Source: Eremomyces bilateralis CBS 781.70
Taxonomy: Eukaryota
Assembly (NCBI GenBank): GCA_010015585.1
Contig: ML975165.1
DNA: 64,000 bases
Reading direction: 5' to 3' (one strand)
Positions 51,774-64,000 of this stretch are shown here, in pieces. A program made the translations under genes and the position numbers. The first letter of the stretch is position 1. Each line of letters starts with the position of its first letter. The notes beneath the pieces are model-generated. The model saw only the letters and a program-made list of their open reading frames with translations, made no database searches and had not been told where the DNA came from.

Positions 51774-53312
51774 TCAGACATTCAGCTCAGCCGTGGTGGC
51801 CTTCTCGAGGAATCCCTTGTAGTCCTTCAACCGCTGGTCCAACACCCCTCCTTCACCACAGAACCGCTCGACAATCTCGACGCTCCGCCCGGTATACAAC
51901 CCCGATTCCAACATGGTATCCAGCTCCTCCCAGATCGGCTTGAAGAACTCTGTCGCCTTAATCCTCGCCACTAGGTCATTCGGCTTTCCCTCATCCTTCA
52001 CCGCGCTGCCCGCCTGGTGCGATAGCACGCGGATCTCCTCATGCGCCTCCTGCCGCGACACGCCCTTCGCCACCAGCTTCATAATGATGCTCTCGGTGAT
52101 CATGAACGGCAGCTCTTCCTGCACCCGCGCGTCGATCCGCTTCGGATAGACCACCAACCCGCTGCTCACGTTATCTAGGCCCATGAGGATCGCGTCCGCG
52201 AGAAGGAACATCTCGGGAATGTCCATGCGGCGGATCGCGCTGTCGTCCAGCGTGCGCTCCATCCACTGGTCCGCGAACGTGTTGGCGAAGTTGACCGGCT
52301 TCGACATCAGCTCGCGACTCAGGCTGCAGATCCGCTCCGAGCGCATCGGGTTGCGCTTGTACGCCATGGCCGAGGAGCCGATCTGGTCTTTCTCGAACGG
52401 CTCTTCGATCTCTTTCCAATTCGCGAGGTGGCGGATGTCCTGCGCGATCTTCTGCGCCGAGGAGGCGATTCCCGAGACGGCGTTGGAGATCACCAGGTCG
52501 ACTTTGCGGGTGTAGGTTTGCGTCGAAATGTCGTAGCAGCTGGGGAACCCGGTCTTCTTGCAAAGCAGTTTGTTGAGCTCATCGCATTTCGCGCCGTCGC
52601 CTCCGAAAATTTCTAAAAATGAGGCGTGCGTTCCAGTGGTCCCTTGCGCACCTCGGAATTTGAGGGCATTCCGCTCATACTCGATGCGCTCGAGGTCCAT
52701 CTGCAGGTTGTGCGCCCACTCCGCGGCGCGCTTGCCGACCGTGATCAACTGCGCGGGCTGCAGATGCGTATATGCCAGCGTGGGCAGATCCTTCCACTGC
52801 GTCGCGAACTTCGAGATGTTCCAGATGACCTTAGCGAGTTTCCGGAGTAGCAAATCCATCGCATCTTTCATGAGGATCAGCTCCGTGTTGTCCGTAACGT
52901 AGCAGCTCGTCGCCCCATAATGAATGATGCCCGCCGCCGCCGGCGCCACTTCGCCAAAGGCATGGACGTGAGCCATCACATCATGTCGTCTCCGCTTCTC
53001 CTCGACGCGGGCGACCTCGAAGTCCTCGTCCGTCACCTCTAGGTGGCTCCGCATCTGCTCCAACGCCTCCGACGTGATGGTGTCGATGCCCAACTCTTTC
53101 TCGGACTCAGCCAGAATCAGCCACAGCTTCCGCCACGTGGAGTGACGAGACCGTTGGCTGAACAGCTTGGACATCTCGGGGCTGCAGTACCGAGACGTCA
53201 GGGTGGTCTGGTAGGAGTCATATACCGAAGGGCCCCGGTTGGCCTTCATTTGCTCCAGCTGCTGCTGCAGCTCTTGGATTTGGAGCTCGAGCTCTTTTTG
53301 GTTGTCTGCCAT
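51774..53312 (-). CDS. ADE13: Adenylosuccinate lyase, intronless
   Basis: RRRHDVMAHVH, YTHLQPAQ, signature GSSAMAYKRNPMRSE. Confidence 0.96.
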   Translation of the reverse strand: MADNQKELELQIQELQQQLEQMKANRGPSVYDSYQTTLTSRYCSPEMSKLFSQRSRHSTWRKLWLILAESEKELGIDTITSEALEQMRSHLEVTDEDFEVARVEEKRRRHDVMAHVHAFGEVAPAAAGIIHYGATSCYVTDNTELILMKDAMDLLLRKLAKVIWNISKFATQWKDLPTLAYTHLQPAQLITVGKRAAEWAHNLQMDLERIEYERNALKFRGAQGTTGTHASFLEIFGGDGAKCDELNKLLCKKTGFPSCYDISTQTYTRKVDLVISNAVSGIASSAQKIAQDIRHLANWKEIEEPFEKDQIGSSAMAYKRNPMRSERICSLSRELMSKPVNFANTFADQWMERTLDDSAIRRMDIPEMFLLADAILMGLDNVSSGLVVYPKRIDARVQEELPFMITESIIMKLVAKGVSRQEAHEEIRVLSHQAGSAVKDEGKPNDLVARIKATEFFKPIWEELDTMLESGLYTGRSVEIVERFCGEGGVLDQRLKDYKGFLEKATTAELNV

Positions 53313-54272
53313 CTTAAATTGATTGACTGAGAATATAATAAGCCACTGTTCTGAAGAGCGAAATCGGTGCAGCAGGGATACACACCTTAAGCGGAATTCT
53401 ACGAAGAAAAGTGGAATACCAGACTCAAGATCTCAAGGTCAGAAATGAGAAATAGTCTCGTGAACGTTTCCTACCCCAGCAAAGATAATCGGCCTTTTAT
53501 ATGTTGAGACTTATACATAGAATCTGGAGCTACAGATATAAATATCGGATCGGGTAGTGGGATGATGTTCGGGCCTATCCGGGGGAAAAATTTCCAGACC
53601 ATACGTCCGCCGATCCGTGACTGATATCCTTGGCGCAGCTTCCCAACTTTAATGATCGCGAGGACGGCAAGGTTTCTAGCGTTCTTATAATAGGATTGTC
53701 TTATGGTAGAGCTTAAATTGAGAAGCGTGGAATGTCTAACAATTTACAATTCACCACTGACCGAGTTTTGACTCGCTTGAAGTTTGGAGCGTTGTGTCAA
53801 CCATCAACACAATTCCGACCCAAATTATCACATCAAGCCATTCTATTGCAACCGCAGAAAGCTATAAACCTGTTCTTCAGCTTAAATGGGTCAATTGCTA
53901 TCTTAAGGGTTACAGTAAGCTCCTGGCTTTCTCAAGCATGACGTCCATTTGCCTGGCACCCGGTCGATATTGATGCCTTACATGTGAAGCCAGTTGGCCT
54001 TATCTCTAAGGCATCCACATTTGATGTATTCCGTATCGACACGGCCGCAAATGTTAGACATCAATCATCCAACGCGCAACGTCAGCTTCGACCACGAATT
54101 CGTTGAACTTCTAGTTGATACTTTGATTGCTTTCAATTTCTTCATCTGTAGCCTCGGAGCGTCCAAAATCCATGAGCCTCATGACCGTGTTCTGATCATT
54201 ACGAAACGCGACAACGTGCTGTGATCATACTGCGACTCCCTGGGTAGTCCGTTGCGGAACCTTTTATTCACA

Positions 54273-55613
54273 ATGGCGTCTTACGTTATGGATATGTTAT
54301 ATTCGTTGAGCAGTTGTATGGTGTGTTTCCCGGGCTCGCCGCAGTTGAAGATCAACAACAGAAGCTTTAAGATCCTCCGATTACTAGGCGAGGTAAGCAG
54401 CCCGTATCCGACCTGCCTGCGTTTCAAGATTGCTGACGTTGTCGGACGTGATTAGGGCGGATTCTCCTACGTATACCTCGTACAAGATACCGGCAACCAG
54501 AAACTGTTCGCGCTCAAGAAAATCCGATGCCCCTTCGGCGAAGAGTCCGTCAGCCGAGCACTGAAAGAAGTCGAGGCGTATGCGCTCTTTACTCCCCACC
54601 CGAACATCATCTACTCCATCGACCACACCGTCATTGCAGACAGGTCCGACCCCGGCGCAAAGACCGTGTATATATTACTTCCGTATTATCGAAGGGGGAA
54701 TCTTCAGGACCTAATCAACGCGAACCTCGTCAACCATACCCGGTTTCCTGAGAAGCAGCTCATGGAGCTCTTCCTTGGCGTCTGCTATGCGCTCAAAACA
54801 ATGCATCAATATCGAGTGCAAGGTGGCCCCGGCGGCCAGAAGAGCCAGGGCAAGGCAAGACGGGTAAGGGAGGAGGCAGCGCGGGCTGACGCAAGTGCGG
54901 CGGCAGATGCCAGGGGGAAGGGCAGGGCCGTGGACCGGGATGGGGACGACGATGACGTGGAGCAGCAGCCATTGATGGAGGACGAAGTCACGCGGAGCCA
55001 AGAGGGGGTCGCACCCGGAGAACAGAGGGCGTATGCACATAGGGACATCAAGCCAGGTACGAGTTCAATGCTGGTTGGGGTGGACAAAGCAACTAATTCC
55101 GCGACAGGCAACGTTATGATCGACGATGATGGCAAAACGCCTATCCTGATGGACCTAGGCTCACTCTCTCCTACCCCAACCTCCATTACCTCCCGCTCCC
55201 TTGCCATCGCCGTCCAAGACACCGCCGCCGAACACAGCACGATGCCTTACCGCGCTCCTGAGCTGTTCGACGTCAAGACCGGCAGCACCATTGATGCCAA
55301 AGTCGACATTTGGTCACTCGGGTGTACGTTATACGCCTGCCTTGTCGGCAAATCACCATTTGAGGCACGATCGGAGGAGACAGGGGGCAGCCTCAGCCTG
55401 TGTGTCTTGGGAGGCGACTGGAGATTTCCGGACGAAGGCCTTCAAAAAGGCAAGCAGAAGGCGGCCGCAGAAGAGTTGACGATCAGTGAACCGGTTAAAG
55501 AGGTTGTCCGACGGTGTTTGAAGGTCGAACCAAGCGAGCGGCCAGACATTGATGAGCTGATCACTTTGGTGGAGCATGTGATGGACGACTTGCCAGATGA
55601 TAGGGGGGATTAA
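54273..55613 (+). CDS. ENV7: Env7/STK16-like kinase, 3 exons
   Basis: N-terminal CMVCFP, LLGEGGFSYVYL, LKKIRCPFG, HRDIKPGN, MDLGS, TMPYRAPELFDV; introns about 54393-54454 and 55057-55107. Confidence 0.88.
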
Positions 55614-55762
55614 TTGTCTCTTTGTTTCTCTATTGGGTTATATGGCATTATACCCTAATTTTGGCGTCTGGCGCAGTGAATAGTATCCGCCACAGCGCCG
55701 GAAAAGTTCATCTATTCAGTCGATCTTTCTTCTACTCCAGCTTCAGTTCTCTGAACCGTCTA

Positions 55763-56362
55763 TCATGTTCCCCACCATCTCTCTCCAACCTTTCTCCAAG
55801 CCTCTCTGCTCTTGCGATCTTCCCTCTTCACGTCTTCCAATTGCTCCTCTAACCTCTCCACCATCCATGATAACCGCTTCTGAACTTCGTCGACAGGGGT
55901 GTCGCATCCTCTCATCCCTATGAACCTTCCGAACCTCCGTCGCTTCACCCAGACTCGTCGGCTCTCACGGAAACATTTTCCCTCGCCGAAGTACTCGTCG
56001 TAATATGACGCATCCCAATCCATGCTCTTGCCGTACGACGCCGTCGTCTCGTCTTGACAGCATTGGCTGTAATAGTGTGCTAGCTCATCTAATTGCGCTT
56101 CAGTGAGGAGGTTGAAGTGGAGGAGGGTGGCGGGGAACTCCGGCGCGCTTCGACCCGTGTGAAGGGAAAGGATGGGATGGATTTTGAGGCGGAGTTTGGC
56201 CAGCTTGCGCTGGAATTCGGGGTTAGTCCGTCCGGCGGACATTGACGGGATGTGAGGGATTTTATTGCTCATACTTTTGATTGCACGGCGATCAAGTTTG
56301 ATGTTTCCGCGCAGCTTGTGGTGAAAAGGTTTGGATGGGTTCGATTGCGAAAGGGAGTCCAT
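55763..56362 (-). CDS. Fungal hypothetical protein
   Basis: 199-aa ORF; FPATLLHFNLLTEAQLDELAHYY and RFGRFIGMRGCDTP resemble an uncharacterised ascomycete family (from memory, unverified). Confidence 0.65.
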   Translation of the reverse strand: MDSLSQSNPSKPFHHKLRGNIKLDRRAIKSMSNKIPHIPSMSAGRTNPEFQRKLAKLRLKIHPILSLHTGRSAPEFPATLLHFNLLTEAQLDELAHYYSQCCQDETTASYGKSMDWDASYYDEYFGEGKCFRESRRVWVKRRRFGRFIGMRGCDTPVDEVQKRLSWMVERLEEQLEDVKREDRKSREAWRKVGERWWGT

Positions 56363-57991
56363 CTAAGATTTATATTTCCAAGTGGTTTTGTCCGCAATTT
56401 CTATCCTTCCACGAGATATTTTAAATTCACTTTGGGTCTCATTTAGCTAATTGTTCAATTTTAGGCAACTCTTTGTTTGTCCGTCTTATTATATTCGCTG
56501 CATGTCTGTCTATTATTGGTTCCGAACAAAGGATTAAACACACTAGTGACTGGTTCGGCGTTGAATACGAGTGATGCGTCTGAAGTGTTTGTTCATTATT
56601 ACAGGACGAGCGAGGGATTAAGGTCTAGATGCTTCCTTTCCTCATTGACCAATGTCCGTGCCTTTCTTACTTTGACTATCAATGTCTATTGTCCGAGCAT
56701 GGTCTTGTCCTTATAGATCCAGCGGGTTGCTTGATATGGTGGCGAATTTTGGACTCTAATGACTTAATCGACTGGTTAAAAGGTCCCCGTACATTTGGAG
56801 AACTTGCAATCAGCCGTTCCTGAGCAGCACAGAATCACCCTATCTTCATGGTATTCGCCAAAAACAGCATCGCTGAATCGCCTCGCTGGTTATGGTGCTG
56901 ATCCGCTACCCAGCTTCTGTAAGTATTTTGTTTCACCAAAGCACATCAGAGACTTCTTCCACAGTGTCTGATATACCAGCTAAACGCGGTCAAGACGTGT
57001 TGAATGGGGTAACTGGAACGAAATGAAATCCTTCCAGGCCTTCTCTATCAGGGAGGCTGGGAGCACTCGAGTAACGGACTTCAAGCAACACCGAATTAAA
57101 CTGGTGTCCAAGGTCCATAATGATGTTCGGTCGATGAATGGCTGAGTGCCACTGAATTTAGAAAACTTGGAAAACAGTCGGCTGCGCATTCTACATCGTA
57201 GTTCTTGACGGCTGAGACCCAAGACGCTGCAAAAGACGGAATGGCAAACGCAGCGGAATACTGGCCGAGTTCCATCGTGAGGAACACAGGCCGAATCCAT
57301 GCCAGCGATTTGCCAAGGGTCCTGACCCAGCACGGGCGATCCTGTCCATGTTCTGGGCCGTGTTCAGTGCCGAGATGTTATCCGCTTGCACCGCTGAAAG
57401 CGACGTTGGAGCAGGCACCGGTGAAGGCAACTGGTCAACGACGTCCGGAGGGAGATTGTTTCTGTGCGCCCATGGCAGCTCTTATCATATATCTTTTTAG
57501 TGGTTCTTAACAAATTCCATTCATTGACGTAAGGTCATCGACGGGACCTTCGAGGTCGATCTGCAGGACAGTTCGACGATGCATAGAAAACCAGGTACGA
57601 TCAGACTCTAAATATACGGATAACGATCGAGTGTGGTATAGCCATACCTAGTCAAAAGCATGAGTGACGGGAAACTTTGGTTGAAAGATCCTCTTGAGGG
57701 GCGTGGGACGCTCTATAAATATAAGACGTTAGACGGTTCATGCCGCGAGAAAGTATGTTTGTGCCGGGAGCTTATTGTTCTCCGTTTGACCCATGACGCC
57801 TCCTACAGACGTTAGATATGACTGGAATAAAGGGATCGTGACACGGGGAGTCATTGGCTACCGTTGAGATCATAATTGGTTCGTATTCTAAGCACAAGAA
57901 CAAGAGAAGTGTCCTTCCGAAATCTCCCAGGTCCCAGCTAGAGGATATCATACAAACGTCTTCAACAGCCATGTCAGTCACAGCACCTCCT

Positions 57992-60900
57992 TCAATGATT
58001 CCACGGCCTCCATTTCCCGACCTGCACATCCCCCCGATCCGTAATACCCTCCACAAACATCGTAATCCCCACCCGCTCCTCCGGCCCCCCGCGTGTCTCC
58101 CTCTCTCCATCACCCCCCAACCGCTCCACCACCATCCACACCACCCCCTGCCGATACAAATCCGGCCATAGATCAAAATCTTCGCTGCGGACTCCCCGCT
58201 CCGAATCGCCGAACTCGCCGTTGTTCGTGCAGGCGAGCACGCGGGAATCGGGCTCGCGGCCAAGGGTGATGGAGAGGCGGATTAGGGGGCTTGGCGTTGG
58301 GCGCAGTTCGTAGAGTCGTGTTGGCTCGAGGGCGGGTATGCTCTTCATTGGGGATGGGGGGCCATCAATGCTTTCAGAGGCAATCGAATCGAATGGGTCG
58401 GCCTCTGAAAGGGATCCGGGTCGTTGAGACAGCGGGGGTGTACTTGGACCACTTGAACCCGATAAACGCAGGAACTTGGCTCCAATGCTGAGTCTCATGT
58501 AGCGGCGGGGGAGGATCGGACATGCGACTTTATTGACGGTACGCGAAGCTCCGACATTATTGAAACTCGCCGGATAGAGGCGAATAGGAAGACGACCAGC
58601 ATTTTCTTGTGGTAGGAGCTGTAGAGATGTTTTGTGTGTACTATCGACACGGAGAGTGAAGGGTGCCAAAACACCTTGGTCGAATGTGCTGACAATAATC
58701 GTGTAGTCTTTGCATTCGAGGTCCTGGAACTCAGCCACGCAGCATCCTTTGGCATATTCGCCAGAGTCTGCGACGATATCTCGCCGACTAACCGACGTGA
58801 GTCTCTTTCCAGCGCTATGGAGCAGTTTGACGTTGATATGGGCGTTAGCGGGAGGAGTCTCGAGATACAGAACAAGAGAAGCGGAGGCTGGGGAGGGGTT
58901 TTCAGGGAAACTCAGACGATATTGGGGGTTGGTGGTAAACGACTGAAGATTCGCGTTTCCACCAGCACAAGGCTTCGACCACTCAGAAGAAACATTGCTG
59001 GTGTGTGCGTATTTGCTTACGGCGTGTCTAAGAGTGAGTGGGCTGTGGCTAAACGCGGACATAGAGAAGGAATGCTGCCTCGCCGCGAGATTTTGTTCAG
59101 AAACCACCACAGTGTACGCGGATTTCGAGTGGGAAGCAGGCAAGTCAAGCTTAAGGAGGCACTGTGGAGAATCCACATATTTTCCTCGAGCAAATGGCGA
59201 GGGTTCCCCACTGATATAGACGGGAGTTCCATCCTTGTCGTAGACGTAGATGTTGATGTGGCCGGACAGCTCGTGCTCGGTGGTGGACTCATCGAGTAGA
59301 AGATCGTCGTCGGATGATGTGAGCAAGTTCTGGAAGTATCGGCACAACAGAAGCCACACCGTTCCCCCCTCGCAGGTAAGCGAGAATTGCGGATTTTCGA
59401 TGAAACTTACCGAAAAGCGGCATGGGCGATTATCGAGGTTCCATGAGAAGTGAATATCCTGGCGATGCTGGAACAGCCCGGGGTTCCAGTTGAGGTAGAT
59501 GGATTCAAAGTGCTGAATAACCTCATTCAAGGTCATCCAAAATAGGCCAGGCGTGTCTTTGTAGCTGGCTAACGTGGAAGAGCCGGCCATGGGAGACGCA
59601 TCTCCAGATGAAGACGCTTCCGCTGATGGCTGCTTGATTCGCGAACCTTTCCACGCTACGCCGTCGACCCAGGGGTTCTTAAGTAAGATGAATTTCTCAC
59701 TGTCCTTTTCTTTCATGTCGAGGACAGCGTAATCATGCTGGCCGGCAAGGCCGAGTTCCCGCTCAACTCTGTGGTCCATCTTCCCTGTCCCCATGGTAAC
59801 CAGGATATCACCATACTGAAAAGCATTGAACATTCGTTTCCACAGGGTGGCCGGAATGGTGTCGTCATCCTGAAGCCAAACCTGCTCCGGAATCCAACCA
59901 GTCATTATCCACAGATCGGTTCCGGAATTGCTGCCCGGAAAGTTGTATCCGCCCCTCAATTTGAGGTATGCCTTCTCCATAATCGCGGGCCATAGAAGGC
60001 TAGGGTTCTTGCGATCAATGACATGCAGTGTGCGGCTTGAATCTGAGACAGGTAGCCGGTCATCCACTTCACAACGTCGGTAGCCACCGTTGAAGTTGAG
60101 ACGGATGACATATTTCCCGGATCCTGAAAGCGCAGGACGATCGTTCTTCTCGTCCCATGGATAGAAGAAATTCTTAAGAATCTGGCAAGTCAGCTTGGTG
60201 AAGAACATTTAGAGTTGAGAAAGGTATTACCTTTGCATGTCCGCGTTCTGCCCGGGAGGTTAAGGCGCATAAACTGGCCACGACTGAACAGTCTGACGCG
60301 GCGTCCTGGACCAGATCGATGGGCCGTGCATTCTGCATCGTGGGCCCTAAGTGGAGTCGATCTTTGAACATATAGGGAGGAGGTAAGGCATCATTGGCTC
60401 GGCGGAAACCGACGAAGAATTCGGTCTGATGGGGCGACAATTTCAGGTCGGGGACATCGCTAGTAATGTAAGTTAGCAATACATGACAAAGTCAAACATA
60501 GGACATACGTAAACTGCGTCTTCCCTCCCTCCAGGACAAACTCGCTTGCAGACGGTGGCTTCATCCATAGATGAAACTTAACCCCATTGAGTGCCCCAGC
60601 CTTTAAGACCAGCATCTGCTCCGCTTTCGATCGCTCTCTCGTTGATACCGGCTCTACGAGCTTCTTCGGCTTCTTCGCTTGGGCCTTCTGGTCAGCATCA
60701 CCATCAGCGACACCAGACACTGATCCACTTGGAATTTTCTTGAGCTCTTCGGCTTGTCGCAGCATGCTTTTGCACTTGACCTTCAGCTGAGCCTTGTCGC
60801 CGGGGTCTGATGCAAGATCCATGTCTTTCATGATGACCTGGATCGCCGCGATGAGGTGTTTCAGAGCCTCGTCTTTGTTATTTGCAGACATAGTGTGCTG

Positions 60901-61051
60901 TTCAGGCACCTTTCAATCGTGTTAGTTCACCATAACAAAGGCATACAACGACCATTTTCTCCACCCTTGGAGACCAATGTAGAAAGCTATAGCTTACCTT
61001 CGAGGAGCTCGGGGCAGTGACCGGGGCATTGGAAGAAGGTGGGCCGGCCAT
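57992..61051 (-). CDS. palB: Calpain-like protease PalB/Rim13, multi-exon
   Basis: MIT-like N-terminus, catalytic QDAASDCSVVAS, HDYAV and LKNPW, C-terminal calpain III domains. Confidence 0.92.
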
Positions 61052-61860
61052 TATTTGCTCGCAATTGAGGGCTGACTAGGAGAAAGCGAAATTCAGAAGA
61101 AATGCGAGCAACAGGAAGGGCTCGGGCGCATTGCGCCGACAACAATGGTAAAAGCTTAGAGGTGTAATAAAAGGAAGATGTAGGCAGGCGCTTGAACGGA
61201 TTATCCGGAAGTGAAGTGAACGGAAACCAATTGTCAGTAAGTATCTAGTGTTACGATAAGCTAGACGGTAGGTAGGTGAATATAATTATTGTAATAATAG
61301 TTGTTGTAGCAGTGGAGGCATTGAAGCATCGCAGGAACCTGAAATGAACCTAAGTCGCCCTTGCCACATTAGGTAGCCAGGCCAAAATGAATGAATGCAT
61401 GTGTGATTATTTCATGTGATTATTTGAACCTTGCACATACATCACATGAGGATATTGTGGTATCATTGTGGATAGAGTATGAAAGCTTAATGATACTATC
61501 ATCTCTTAAGTGAGATCTTAAGTGAGATGGATGTTCGAAGTTGGAGGTCAGAGGTAGGAAAATATACTAGTCTCAAGATGGCTAGCGTGAGTATATCCAT
61601 CGGATGAGATATCCCCAGCGTGTCCCAGCAAAGGCTCTGCCCATGCACTTTCTACTTTTGGCACCCAGCCACTCTGAGGGTGATGGGGTGAGCCATCAAC
61701 ATTCACACCTAATTACATGGACCAAATGCCACCCCGATTCCAACTCTATTTTCAATAACCATTGCGTGGGCATGGACCTGTCCACAAACTCGCAACGGTA
61801 TCCCGCCGTCAGGTTTTTACCCTTCATATCCTCACTCCTTCCAGGCCCACGTGACAAGGC

Positions 61861-64000
61861 TCATCCTCTGTCAACGAGGTTCTCTCCCAACGTTATGCAT
61901 TCCCATGAACGGTGCGAAGATAAAGAAGATTGCAGCAGCTTCACCACCGCCTCATGCCCATTCTGGGTGGCCCTTAACAGCGGCGTCCGGCCGGAGCTGT
62001 CCTTCGAGTTGACGTCAGCTTGGCCCGTCTCGAGCAGCAGTTTGACGATGGCCTCGTGCCCGTTCTCAGCGGCCCACGATAGCGGTGTCCAGCCGGACCA
62101 GTCCTTCGAGTCGACGTCGACTTGACCCGTCTCAAGCAGCAGCTTGATGATGGCCTCGTGCCCGTTCTTAGCGGCCCACCACAGCGGCGTCTGGCCGGAG
62201 CTGTCCCTCGAGTCAACGTCGACTTGACCCGTCTCGAGCAGCAGTTTGACGATGGCCTCGTGCCCATTCTCAGCGGCCCATGACAGTGACGTCTGGCCAG
62301 AGCGGTTCTCCGAGTCAATGTCGACTTGGCCCGTCTCGAGCAGCAGCTTGNNNNNNNNNNNNNNNNNNNNNNNNNNNNNNNNNNNNNNNNNNNNNNNNNN
62401 NNNNNNNNNNNNNNNNNNNNNNNNNNNNNNNNNNNNNNNNNNNNNNNNNNNNNNNNNNNNNNNNNNNNNNNNNNNNNNNNNNNNNNNNNNNNNNNNNNNN
62501 NNNNNNNNNNNNNNNNNNNNNNNNNNNNNNNNNNNNNNNNNNNNNNNNNNNNNNNNNNNNNNNNNNNNNNNNNNNNNNNNNNNNNNNNNNNNNNNNNNNN
62601 NNNNNNNNNNNNNNNNNNNNNNNNNNNNNNNNNNNNNNNNNNNNNNNNNNNNNNNNNNNNNNNNNNNNNNNNNNNNNNNNNNNNNNNNNNNNNNNNNNNN
62701 NNNNNNNNNNNNNNNNNNNNNNNNNNNNNNNNNNNNNNNNNNNNNNNNNNNNNNNNNNNNNNNNNNNNNNNNNNNNNNNNNNNNNNNNNNNNNNNNNNNN
62801 NNNNNNNNNNNNNNNNNNNNNNNNNNNNNNNNNNNNNNNNNNNNNNNNNNNNNNNNNNNNNNNNNNNNNNNNNNNNNNNNNNNNNNNNNNNNNNNNNNNN
62901 NNNNNNNNNNNNNNNNNNNNNNNNNNNNNNNNNNNNNNNNNNNNNNNNNNNNNNNNNNNNNNNNNNNNNNNNNNNNNNNNNNNNNNNNNNNNNNNNNNNN
63001 NNNNNNNNNNNNNNNNNNNNNNNNNNNNNNNNNNNNNNNNNNNNNNNNNNNNNNNNNNNNNNNNNNNNNNNNNNNNNNNNNNNNNNNNNNNNNNNNNNNN
63101 NNNNNNNNNNNNNNNNNNNNNNNNNNNNNNNGAGTCGACGTCGACTTGGCCCGTCTCGAGCAGCAGCTTTACGATGGCCACGTGCCCGTTCTCAGCGGCC
63201 CACCACACCGGTGTCTGGCCGGAGCGGTCCTTCGAGTCGACGTCGACTTGGCCCGTCTCAAGCAGCAGCATTATGACGGCCTCGTGTCCGTTCTCAGCGG
63301 CCCACCACAGCGGTGTCTGGCCTGAGCCGTCCTTCGAGTCGACATCGACTTGGCCCGTCTCGAGCAGCAGCTTGACGGTGGCCTCGTGCCCGTTCTCAGC
63401 CGCCCACGATAGCGGCGTCCGGCCGGACCAGTCCTTCGAGTCGATGTCGACTTGGCCCGTCTCGAGCAGCAGCTTGACGATGGCCTCGTGACCGTTCTCA
63501 GCGGCCCACCACAGCGGCGTCCGGCCGGAGCGGGTTTTCAAGTCGACGTCGACTTGACCCGTCTCGAGCAGCAGCTTGACGATGGCCTCGTGCCCGTTCT
63601 CAGCGGCCCACCACAGCGGCGTCTGGCCGGAGCTGTCCCTCGAGTCAACGTCGACCTGACCCGTCTCGAGCAGCAGTTTGACGATGGCCTCGTGTCCGTT
63701 CTCAGCGGCCCACGACAGCGGCGTCTGGCCGGATCCGTCCTTCGAGTCGACATTGACCTTGCCAGTATCGAGTAGCAGCTTGATGATGGCCTTATGCCCG
63801 TTTTTAGAGGCCCATGACAGCGGCGTCTGGCCGGAGCTGTCCTCCGAGTCAACGTCGACTTGGGCCGTCTCGAGCAACAATTTGACGATGGCCTCGTGCC
63901 CGCTCTCAGTAGCCCACGACAGCGGCGTCCGGGCAGAGCTGTCCCTCGAGTCGACGTCGACTTGGCCCGTCTCGAGCAGCATCTTGACGATACCATCGTG
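61861..64000 (-). CDS. Ankyrin-repeat C-terminus of a large protein (probably a fungal NLR); 5' part outside the window
   Basis: About 12 visible 34-aa repeats ETGQVDVDSKDxSGxTPLxWAAENGHEAIVKLLL; stop at 61861. Confidence 0.85.
62351..63131. other. Assembly gap (781 N) inside the ankyrin array
   Basis: Run of N flanked by near-identical 102-bp repeats. Confidence 0.99.

Noticed and set aside
62246..63491. Long ORFs spanning the N run, and the apparent frameshift across it
   Set aside because: Artefacts of an estimated-length assembly gap
61950..64000. Regular repeats resembling a CRISPR array
   Set aside because: In-frame 102-bp coding ankyrin units with no unique spacers, in a eukaryotic context
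1..64000. tRNA, rRNA or snoRNA genes
   Set aside because: No cloverleaf or convincing C/D box pair found by eye; tRNAscan-SE or Infernal would be needed to exclude them

Overview
Eukaryotic DNA from a filamentous ascomycete (Pezizomycotina, probably Dothideomycetes-like; inferred from gene content and short GT-AG introns with CTAAC/CTGAC branch sites). The window is gene-dense and mostly housekeeping: CCR4 3' end, NOP9, TIP20/RINT1, SKI3, a CBS-PB1 protein, RPS26, a VanZ-like protein, SPT7, a PLP decarboxylase, SDH7, MTQ2, a divergent kinase, AMO1/NUP42, GPI1, an MFS transporter, a GPI-anchored protein, PEX13, a TOS1-like protein, ADE13, ENV7 and palB/RIM13. Notable structure: (1) a Tad1-type LINE with both ends intact (15166-20189, 13-bp TSD), carrying a nested 142-bp solo LTR and an MCB-box palindrome in its 5' UTR; (2) a spliced 92-aa membrane-protein ORF that stops 30 nt before the GPI1 start, plus two more tight same-strand pairs (SDH7 then an orphan ORF, MTQ2 then a kinase), suggesting dicistronic transcription; (3) a recurring C-rich-then-G-rich compositional switch inside many genes on both strands; (4) a highly homogeneous 102-bp ankyrin array, NLR-like and spanning an assembly gap, at the right edge. 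Gene names come from recognising motifs by eye, not from database searches; intron boundaries are approximate.
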